From Eledone cirrhosa (Eukaryota), in contig OZ024741.1 of the NCBI GenBank assembly GCA_964016885.1, positions 126,418,001-126,482,000 of the forward strand: a DNA stretch of 64,000 nucleotides. Direction: 5' to 3'. Made by a program: the position numbers and the translations under genes. The notes under the pieces are model-generated. The model saw only the letters and a list, made by a program, of their open reading frames with translations. It did not search any database and was not told the origin of the DNA. Position 1 is the first letter of the stretch, and every line of letters starts with the position of its first letter. Positions 54,045 through 64,000 of the stretch are shown here, one piece after another.

Positions 54045-54135
54045 TTCCTGATGATTTCTTTCGAGTGAAACAGTTCTAGTCCTGTAGAAGCCATTTCTAT
54101 ATTAAATTTTGTATCTACTCTTATGTATTGAGTAT
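54045..54135 (+). mobile_element. Single-arm copy of the fixed-apex family
   Basis: Starts at TTTCCTGATGA, exactly the apex of the palindromic copies. Confidence 0.75.
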
Positions 54136-54144
54136 ATATATATA

Positions 54145-54191
<47 letters not shown>

Positions 54192-54444
54192 ATCCGTATG
54201 AGTATCCATGTTTATTATTCGTAATTTATCGGCTCTACAAAAAGATGAAATGAATCACATACTTGGAGTGGAATAATCAAGTAAATCAGGGTGGTGCTCC
54301 AGTCTGTTCGCAGTATAGTGACTGAGACCAATAAAAGAATATAAAAATTCCCCTATGATGCAACATCGAACATCCGTCAAGAAGAATGAATGTGACATTT
54401 AACAAAATAATATAATTTTCATCCTGCTGATGAAAAATAAAGCA

Positions 54445-54479
<35 letters not shown>

Positions 54480-54769
54480 AATAAAAAACAAAAATACCAA
54501 AGAATCTAAAGAAAACAAAAGCTTAAAAACAATAAATTGCTTCAAAATATGAAAAAACGTAACAATTGCTGTCTGGCATTTTACCAGCGATGTCAATCAT
54601 CTTGAGAGGTATATTATTTCAGTCGTAGGTATCCAACATTCCTGTGATGTAGGCCAGACTTCTTCCCCACCCACACCGATCTCCTATTTTCAGGCATATT
54701 TAACATAAATATACCATTTCGTTGAATGTAATTCACCGTAGATTCACCTGCTTACTTCAGTCCTTTAAA

Positions 54770-55950
54770 TGGTTTACAAAAACAAAAGGTGAATGCCTGA
54801 AGACCAAGCATGCAGAGCTAACCAAGATGACGGAGAGATTGAGGTATATTGACGTGCACCGAGTGCTCTTTCTTCCAAGGAACTTCACAGCCCTCCCGAA
54901 ACTCATCATCATACTGCACTTTGTCGCTCTCTCGCAGATCGTCACGTCGAATTTGATGTCCCCATCCGACTCTGTGCAGAACTCATCTGCAATATTAGTT
55001 TTTTACAGCGCTGGCTCGTATCAAGCGAAACTACCAGTGAAATTTGGTGGCCTCGGCCTCTGATATACTTCTGCCCTGGTATGGCCGGCCTATCTCTTTT
55101 CAATCTCTTCCAGCTGCCCGCTCATCAGTGACGTTCTCCACAAGACGACAGAATCTGAGAGGGTTCGGGACCTGGAGTCAGCTCTGGCCGATTGGACAGA
55201 CGAAGACCCCCACCGTCCCCAATCATACAGGTGTTCAACGTAACTGGGAGGACATCAACCTTCAGGAGGATCGAGTCTTCCTTGGACCAACACTATCTCG
55301 CCTGCCTCCGTTCTGCTAGGCAACCAAACAACAGCAGGTGACTCAGTTCGGTACCCACCTCATCAACCGATATATTTATTAATAATGAGTATACTCGCAT
55401 GAAAGTGGCCCATCGTCTCTGCCTTTACGTGTGTTAACCACACAAATGCCATTGTTGAGCTGTTTTGTTGACGAGTTTGCTCTGCTCCCGCTCTCTGCTG
55501 CCATAGCACAGGCCCGTACCCCCGACACGTTTCAATATCATCAGAAGGAGCTTTGACGCAACCGGCTTCCTGTCACAATTGGAGCCAGCTAGCCTCAACT
55601 GGGGTGATGGTCAGCGCCCCGACGGGATGACTCTTTTTCTATTCAAAGGAGGTAAATCCCTAACCAGGGATGTGATGTGTTGTGACCTTGTCGCTTCGGT
55701 CACAAACCTAGACATCCCCGCTCGCAATGAAAAAGAGAAGCTAAATAAATATCAGGACTTAACCGACCACTTCCTTGTCGTACTGGTCATTGTCGTGACG
55801 TTGGGTGTCCTCGGTTTCTACATTTGCTGATTTCCTTCATAAAATCGGAAATACGGCAGCCCGTCTGAGGAAGGAACCCCATGTGGTGGGGTGGCTGTTA
55901 CAGCGGGCGTCTCAAGTTATTCTCCGCGGCAATACTTTTGTCATTTAATC
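54770..55950 (+). mobile_element. Degenerate CRE-like RLE retrotransposon, 3' part
   Basis: QAKLPVKFGGLGL; EP..L..GDGQRPDGMTL..FKGGKSL..DV.C.D; EK.K..KY..L; TLG..G; LQR.S..ILRGN. Confidence 0.7.
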
Positions 55951-58211
55951 TGTGGTGTGCAGCTGAAATAACACTCACACTGGGGTATAGCATGTAAGTC
56001 CCCTACTCTTTCTTTCGCTGCTTCTTTTTTTTAAATTTTTTTGTTTCCTTATTGCCAATTTCTATCTCATTTACTATTTTATCACACTGAAACTGTTTCA
56101 TTTTGGCGGAATGCATGTTTCTTCTTTCATCTGGGTGTGGTTATAATTATTTTTTTCTGTTTTTATTGTTCATAATTATGTCGTATATGAGAATGTTGAA
56201 AAATAATGTATGAACTTCATTTTGTATGTACACAAATTGACTACAGAGCAGTGTGAAAAACGTTTTCTACGTCGGCCGTCGTACGAAGTTCTAGCAGCTG
56301 CTACTGTTTAATAAGGTGGAATCTGTAAGTTAATACGAAAGATGAAGAATTTTGATTTTATGTTTTAACTACACCAAATTATTCTGGATTTAGCATGGTG
56401 GAATATTTAAGTAGCTTGTTACGTGATCATTAATTCCTCGGCTGGATCCCAGTTATACCAATTTGTTTTGAGTATTCAAATCCTGCCAAGGTCAGCTTTG
56501 TATTTCATCCTCATGGATTCCATTAAATAATGTACTAGTTAAATACTGGGATTGACAAAATCGACTTTCTTCCCGCAAATCAGAAGGAATCTCTTTGGAA
56601 ACCTATCAGATGGACTGTAATTGTAATTCAAAGGTTCGACCATGTCACATACATTGTATCACGCTGAATCTCACAAAAGAATTACGTGTAAGTGAATGCC
56701 CAGCTATTTATACGATAATTTCATGAGCAGGCAGTTTCGTTAGAGGAACAACTAGTATACTCATTGTATTTTGTCATGCTGATTAAACTTGGGAATAACG
56801 CTAATGTGGAATACTAAACCACATACATCTTAATTCAGGATTTGGACATTCAGTTCATCAAACAACTGGACATTCGTCGTAGAAACCGACAGAAGATCCA
56901 TCATTATAGTCATGATTAATTAAAGCTATGCTGCTCATCTAATTATGTTCGTAATTACTTCCCTATTTAGTTACATTGGTGTGTTCAGTTTTGCGTTCTT
57001 CTTTCAATCAATCAAAGCCCGCAGCCTTGAGAGATCCTATTCTTTTACTCTTTCTACTGGTTTCAGTCATAAGAATGCGTCGAAAAAATAATGAATGCTT
57101 CAGGAATTTACATGTTATCCTTGCTCAGAGGCCTTGGTAATTTTTCCTGTATCGTTCAAACTTTAATATATGTATTCCGAAGCAAAGAAGTGTAACCGCC
57201 TCCACAAAAAAAAAAAAGAATCTCATGACCCCCCCCCCCCCTTATTTTCTTCGCTCATCAAACAAAGGTTTCCGACCGATCCAGTATAGTATTTGAGTTT
57301 CGTAATGTAATCATTGTTTTAATTGGCTCATAACTTGATGTTGCTTATATCCTTTCTGGGTATGGCTAGCTTTTGGATTCTCTTCAAGAGTCTCATCCAC
57401 ACATTAGCATGTTTTACTTTCGAATCTGTTGGGTACCACTCGCTATTATCATTAAAAAAAAAACAACAAAAAAACGGTGTGATCGGTTGCTTTACTCACC
57501 GACCAAGTAGCAACTAAAATATAACCATACCAACGTTCTTTGAACTCACATCCTGTTAACAAAATTAGGTGGTGAGTTAGCACATCTGTTTGTACATCGG
57601 ATAGAATGTCTTGCAATACTATTTTCAGCTCTCTGCGATTTGAGTTCGAATCCCATCGGTTCAATGAATTTTCTCTGGAAACCCTGCCGGAGGGAGGTTG
57701 GCCCCACTAGCAGCTTTAGATGTTCAAAAAACGCCTGCAATTCTACCTTGGGCTGAAGAAATCTAAAACAAGGAAAAAACAACTATAAAAATTGCATTCG
57801 TTCTTCTGGGCGCAATTAAAGGAATATAGATTGAATACTAAATTCGTTATATATTCATTTTATTGACTACAAAACATATTAGCATTTTGAAAGCGATTCT
57901 TAGTCAGGTGTAAGTGTACATTGATATCATATATATATATATATATAGTGTGTGTGTAATTGTGCAGCAATAAAGGAAGATATTGGAAACCTACCTTCTT
58001 ATGCTTTCATTTAAAAAAAATTAAAGTATTTAAACCTGTTTCTGTACCGACTACAAGATGTATTTATCAGGGAGGATAGACATAACATCGAGTGCGTTTG
58101 CTTGTTGCATCACGGTCTGCTAATCGGAATGCCTGGATCACAAATCCAGTTAACTATTAATTAAACCATGCAACATAATCGGAGTATATATATATATATA
58201 TTTTTTTTTTA

Positions 58212-58420
58212 GTATATGTTGGTTGTTTACCGACACTTCAGTATGCAGATTGGAGCACTCGACGAAGTGCGCAGGTTGGTTTGGTTACTCTGGAGTAATG
58301 TAAAATAAGCTAAAATAAATAAGTCAAATATTTAAAATTTGGCTTCGTTTATTACTGGTATAGCAGTAATAAACGAAGCCAAATTTTAAATATTTGACTT
58401 ATTTATTTTAGTTTATTTTA
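58212..58420. mobile_element. Fold-back insert, homolog of 30222-30460
   Basis: Arms 58301-58357 / 58364-58420 plus tail, next to (TA)n. Confidence 0.75.
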
Positions 58421-58591
58421 TATATATATATATAATTATTAGTACAGATTAAAGTTTAAGCAAAGAATTTCTGCTTTTACCCTATTACGTGATCTTCTGA
58501 AATATTTGCTCTACGGGTTTATATATATATATCTCTTCGGATTTTGGGTTTATATATATATATCTCTTCGGATTTTGGTCTTCGTAATTAT

Positions 58592-58649
<58 letters not shown>

Positions 58650-58654
58650 TTTTT

Positions 58655-58777
58655 CTAAGGCGGGTAACATTCCCGAGATCCATGGACGAGTTCTCTCCAG
58701 CGGTCTCTGTCCCTCATTATCGCTGCCATGTCCTGCGTCTCCAACAGACCAGTGTCTGTCCTTAGGGCATCAACATA
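58655..58777 (-). mobile_element. Very short 3' fragment of the (TA)n-associated RTE
   Basis: Matches the last about 120 bp of 44940-45497; (TA)n on both sides. Confidence 0.9.
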
Positions 58778-59305
58778 TATATATATATATACCCCTTTTG
58801 GGCATACCAGATTAATCGGATGGAAATTACTTAATTATTTTTAAAAACAATTTAAATTTTATTCCTTTGCATGGAATAGAATTTGAATCTGTGTAATTGC
58901 AACAGGTTCATTATTCATTTTGTGATGTAGAAATTTTATAGAACATGCAATTAAAATCTTTAATTAAAAGCATGTTATGAATCAATGCTCCTCTTTGTGC
59001 GCGCGCACAAACGCACATCAATCTTTGTACACGCGCATTAAACGCGTTTTACAAATATATATACATACTTGCTTACATATATAATGTTAAACACGCATAC
59101 GCTCACAAATATACATATGCCACATGCAATAGAGCATGACTTGGTAGTATGTATCATGCTTTCGCTTTGGGGTTTAGGTGCTCATCCGGGATATAGCAAC
59201 TGAAAGGAGAAGGGTAAACCAGCACTGGCTCATAATTTCTTTATCGTTACACGGACACAATTACGCCCACGCACACACACACACACACGCGCACACACAC
59301 GCACA

Positions 59306-59348
<43 letters not shown>

Positions 59349-59984
59349 AAAAGCCAATTGTTTCAGTTTGATCATTTTTATTAAGGATTTTGTTTCATAT
59401 TTCTTCTAGTTCTTTGTGCTTAGTTTGGAAAGGTAACGTTCCTATATCCATCTGTGTATTAAGATTTGAAGTCTTCAATGCTACATCTTCGTAATCAATA
59501 TTAATCAAGTGCTAAGCAGAGGACTTAAAGTATCATGGGACTGGTAGGAAGTCGTGGATAGCTGACTTAAGGGTTGAAACATGGCAGTTATAAAATAGGT
59601 TTCACGTGTACTGTATCAATATGATAATGGTTTGTTTATATTCTTGTTCACTTTCTTTTAGAATGTTAGTGTTCTCAACTGTAACCATACCTATTTGTTT
59701 TACATGTACTGTATGGAAATGTTGCAACATCTCCTTGTAAGTGCATATTTAAACGGTGGAAAAGTGTCGTGTTTGTATGACTGATGTAACAGTTTTGTTC
59801 TGAGGTTCAAAGCTTTTACATTGAAGTTTATATTTCACATTGATCATCTTCAGAACGTCATGTGGTCTACAAGTTTGTGGTTTTGTGTCAATGGGGTTTT
59901 CCTTTACTCTAATTATTTGTAGTGTATTATAATTATGAAGTTGTGGTCAGGATCAATGCATGTCGTGCTTTGTTTTCTAAACGT

Positions 59985-60215
59985 CTGAAGTCTGGCAAGA
60001 GCCCTAGGCTCATCAGGCCGGTGCTTATCCCGGTTTCTATGGTGTGAAGCGACTGAAAATATAATACTTCCCCAAGGACAGCACAGCTGAGTATATTGGA
60101 GCAACGTTAAATGAAGTCTTTTGCTCAAGAACCCAACACACATCCCTGTCCAGAAATCGAACTCATGGCATTATGACCATACGTCCAACATTCGTACCAC
60201 TAAGCCATGCGCATC
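59985..60215 (-). mobile_element. SINE with B-like head and different tail
   Basis: Minus strand GCATGGCTTAGTGGTACG...GAGTTCGATTTC...GTCGCTTCACACCATAGAAACCGGGATAAGC. Confidence 0.65.
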
Positions 60216-60724
60216 CGATTTGTTTTACTAGTTTTCTAATGACGAGTTCATTCAATCTAACACCAGGGTGGATTTGCTGCTGGAAGTATACACAATGTCT
60301 GGTTTGTGTATTTTTCTTCATGCTGTTTCTGTTGTATCAGTGTAACTAAATTTGTTCTTATATTCTTCATGTCATGGTTTACTCATGTGTTGAGATATCC
60401 ATTGTTAATTAATGTTTGTTTACACATGAGATTTCCTTATTTAAATTGACCTTAGCGGGTGAAAATGTAAGACTTGAGCTAATGAGAGCTTTAATGGTTC
60501 ATAATTTGTATCTCTGGGAAGACACGCTATCTGCAAGCATGCCTAGGCCTTTGTTAGTATCATTAGTGTAAACAGAAGTGTTATACATGTTATTTCTAAT
60601 TCCTACGTTTATGTATAAGAATGGGTTGTTATACTGGACTGAGTTTGTGTTATATACCCATATGAATACTAATAGATGTGTGTGTATATGTATATATATA
60701 TATATATATAGCTTTCACCGTATC

Positions 60725-60882
60725 TTTTGACTGAAGAAATTTTAGCCTGATACTGGGGTTTAGAAGCCTCTAAGAAATAGAAAAACAGGAGTATTGACGT
60801 ACATGTACGTCAATACTCATCTTTTTCCATTTGTTAGAGGGTTCTAAACTCCACTACCAGGTTATAATTTCTTTAGTAAAAA
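60725..60882. repeat. Imperfect palindrome of about 158 bp with a perfect 30-bp loopless centre
   Basis: GAGTATTGACGTACA|TGTACGTCAATACTC at 60789-60818. Confidence 0.8.
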
Positions 60883-61024
60883 ACTCGCTCCCTGTTTCAA
60901 AACATACTTACTTGCCATACATATAATGTGTGTGTCTCTGTGTATATTTCTATACCCCAATATGCATACATATGTACTTAAATATATGTGTGTGTTTACA
61001 CTCATATACATATTTTATATGATT

Positions 61025-61270
61025 GTGCGTGGCTTAGTGATTAAGCCACCGGGCTTGCGACCGTAAGGTCCTGAGTTCGATTCCAGTCCTGAGTTCTATT
61101 CCGCTGTGTCCTTCAACAAAACACTTTATTTCGTGTGGACCCAGTTCTCTTCACTGGCAGAAATGTGTGTACCTGTACTTCGAAAGGCCAACAATGTCAC
61201 GCTGAATCTCCCTGAGAATTATGTTATGGGTGCACATTAATTTCAGCAGGAGGCTGTTTTGTTGATTGAG
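61025..61270 (+). mobile_element. Family B SINE
   Basis: GTGGCTTAGTGATTAAG...GAGTTCGATTCC...CACTTTATTTCG...CACGCTGAATCTCCCTGAGAA. Confidence 0.75.
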
Positions 61271-61849
61271 AGCATTGGTCGCCAGAAGCAACATATATAC
61301 ACATATGCTTGTTTATATAATTACATTCACTCACACACTCATGAATACAAGATTATATATACATAAATATAGCATAGCGCACACACATTACAGCATACAA
61401 GCACGCACACAAGCACACATACGCACAGACATAAACGCACACGCACGCACACATACATACACACATATACACCCCTCCCCCCCACACACAGCCATCCATT
61501 GTGTTTGGACAACACAACAGCAAGGATATCAATTCCATTTTGTCGCAAAGAATGAATAATTTATGACATGGAATATGAGGAATAAAAATGCTGGAATCTC
61601 AAGGTTGAATTCAAACCAAATAAATCTTCATAGAAATTTGGCAGCAAAGTTAGTTTGTCATTCTGCTAGTCGTAGTTTCACCGTAGTTGACACTATGTTG
61701 ATAAAAAGAAGACGGTAAATAACTCAAACATTATAGGAAGATAAATCAGTCTGTGTGTCCATAATTAAAACAATTTGTCAAACGGGGCGTTGTTGTAGTT
61801 ATGTGTGTGTGGCTAATGATTGTATTGCCGTGTACTGCCGTATAACCGA

Positions 61850-62420
61850 GTTGGAAATGAGTAACTGAAGGTTAACCCTATAATGGACTGGTATCCCGTC
61901 CAGTGGAGCTTCTTTTACTCAAAATTACTCACACCGTTGTGTTCTTGAACAAGGTCCTATATTTCGCGTTGTTGCAATCCATCAGTTAGGAAATGAGTAG
62001 CTGTGTATTAACCCTGTGAAGGACTGGTATCCCGCCCAGAGGAGTGTCTTTTATTCGTAAGGTTATAGGCGCAGCGTTGTGTTCCTGAGCAAGGAGCTAT
62101 ATTTCACGTTGATTTTGTCTACTCAGCAGCAAACGAGTACCAACATTAATTGAGGATTAACCTTACGATGGCAAGCAGCCCGTCCAGGGCTCAGTCTTGT
62201 ATTCTCAGTTGTTCACAATCGTAAGGTTTTACATTCGATTCTATGATCAGGCAGTGAGTTGCATGTTTGAGTAAGACACTCTCTTTCAAGTTCTAATCAA
62301 TTCAGGTGGAAATGTTTAATAACAATAGCTGAGCGATGGAAAGGGTTAACTCTGCGATAGATTCTGTTTCCAAACTATAGTGAAATAGGGATAAGCTCTG
62401 ATCGAATGAGCCCCACCACG
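61850..62420 (+). repeat. Head-to-tail array of SINE-core (V-domain-like) units
   Basis: TTAACCCT..ATGGACTGGTATCCCGTCCAG-like motif at about 61872, 62008, 62157 and 62346. Confidence 0.6.
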
Positions 62421-63867
62421 GATATTAAATATTAAACATACTTTAACGTTTAAGTAAGTTTCTTAACTAAGCTAACATACTTGATTGATAGAGTCCGATA
62501 ACTTTAATATATTAACACTCTACCAAACTTATAAGGTATTCGTAATATTAGGTTGACCTGAGGACCAGCTAAACCTGCATTCATGTTAGATGTAAATTTC
62601 CCACACACTATTCTAAGACTGTTTTTGTGTGCATCTATTCAAATAGGGATGGATGAAATTATTCAGAACAGAGGCATATATGCCTCACAAGGTACACTAT
62701 ATAGGATAATATAAATTCCTCAAGCAGAGATTTCGTTAACTAATTTGAAGGGTTATCGTTGGGAGCATATTTCAACAACTTCCATTATAATTACACGAAC
62801 ACAAATCAAGTGTTAAGAATTACCATCAACTTAGAGAGGAAGTGAAGATATTCATGTACTAACGTAGAACTCAATAAAATGTCACGTAGGATGTACTGGA
62901 ATGTTGACATTGCCAAAAATAGACCAAACCGTCTAACACACACACATATATATACACATACATACTTATATTAAATTGACCCTATCAGACACATTCCATG
63001 ATTCCAATGTGAGAGATACGACTGTATTACATTTCGGGTAACACCGGGTGGTGTTACATATGTAATATAATTATTTGTTTCTACTTTTGTTTACAAGGTC
63101 AGCAATTTGAAGGAAAATTCGATTAGATCGACCCCAGTGCGTTACTGGTACTTTATTTTATTTAGCTCGTAAGGATGAAAGACAAATCTAGAGGACCGTT
63201 ATTCTCTGCCGCGAAGCAGCGTGTCCGACGCTCTACTGGGTTGGTTTAATCGACTTTACCCTCCCCAAAATTATTGGCCTTGTACCTAAGTCAGAAACCA
63301 TTATTTAAACGGTATTTGTAACATAACTTGACAAAAGGCTCTTACATCAAATTATTCTAGAAGATTGATTTAAATAAGACCCGATAAAATTGGGGTGGGT
63401 CGTAGAACCAGAGGCAGTTTTGGGCAGGTTGGTATCAAGTTAAACAACTGCTTGGGTTTCTTTTTTCGTAGTTTAGACAGTTTTCCTTGTAGTAGCGATA
63501 AATTACTGCACACACCTAGTATATATTCCAGGTAACATTCCCATTTCTTTGCTTCTTATTAATGTTAGTCTTTTTCTCTTTCCTTTTTCATATCGTTGCC
63601 TCAAAATTTATAGTTTAGTTTGTATTTTAGTAGCTTCCTAAAATTAACTCCTCGGTGTGTCTGTATGGGTGTGTGTGTGGTGGAGGGTGCACCAGTCTGG
63701 CCTTAGTCTATTGATTGAAACTAGTAAAATAATAAAGAAGACGCTTAGCTTACATTGCATCGTAACGTTTCCAAGAAACATAAGTTGTATAGGAAGAACA
63801 GGGATCAGACTCAGCCCACTGTTTTAACAGTATCTATTTTATCGCCCCAGCCAGTAAAAGTGTGGTT

Positions 63868-64000
63868 ATAGGTGGCCTAGTTGGTAAGGATTTGGGATTT
63901 AAGATCATAATGTCGTGGGTTCGATTCCTTGACTGGGTTGTGTTTTTGAGCAAAACACTTCATTTCACGTCGAACTAGTAAACTCAGCTAAAAATGAGTA
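63868..64000 (+). mobile_element. SINE 5' part, running off the window
   Basis: A-box TGGCCTAGTTGG, B-box GGTTCGATTCC, then TTGAGCAAAACACTTCATTTCACGT. Confidence 0.75.

Noticed and set aside
58031-58075. Hammerhead-like motif on minus (CTGATAA...GAAACAGGTT)
   Set aside because: G8 is lost without compensation and stem I does not pair; at most a dead relic
63868-63935. tRNA gene (also the heads at 53253 and 61025)
   Set aside because: A and B boxes are present but there is no cloverleaf, and the sequence continues into SINE body

Overview
AT-rich, microsatellite-rich eukaryotic DNA, almost all transposon-derived. The SINE types suggest a mollusc, probably an octopus; this comes from recalled SINE motifs, not a search. 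No intact host gene was found, only low-confidence candidate exons. (1) 7.5-24.3 kb is a nest of non-LTR retrotransposons separated by (TTA)n/(TTC)n tracts: R4/Dong-like RLE elements from two families, a near full-length Tx1/L1 element, an RTE relic and an unclassified 1.65-kb element. (2) A second RTE family has no 3' UTR and always sits in (TA)n; one copy has a twin-priming-like 5' inversion. (3) Also present are Helitron relics, a CRE-like relic and many tRNA-derived SINEs. (4) The most unusual signal is roughly ten short head-to-head fold-back inserts from several unrelated families, anchored in (TA)n. Many carry type I hammerhead ribozyme motifs (Penelope pLTR or retrozyme-like), and one family has a U3-A8 core covariation. 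All alignments and folds were done by eye, so boundaries of degenerate repeats are approximate.
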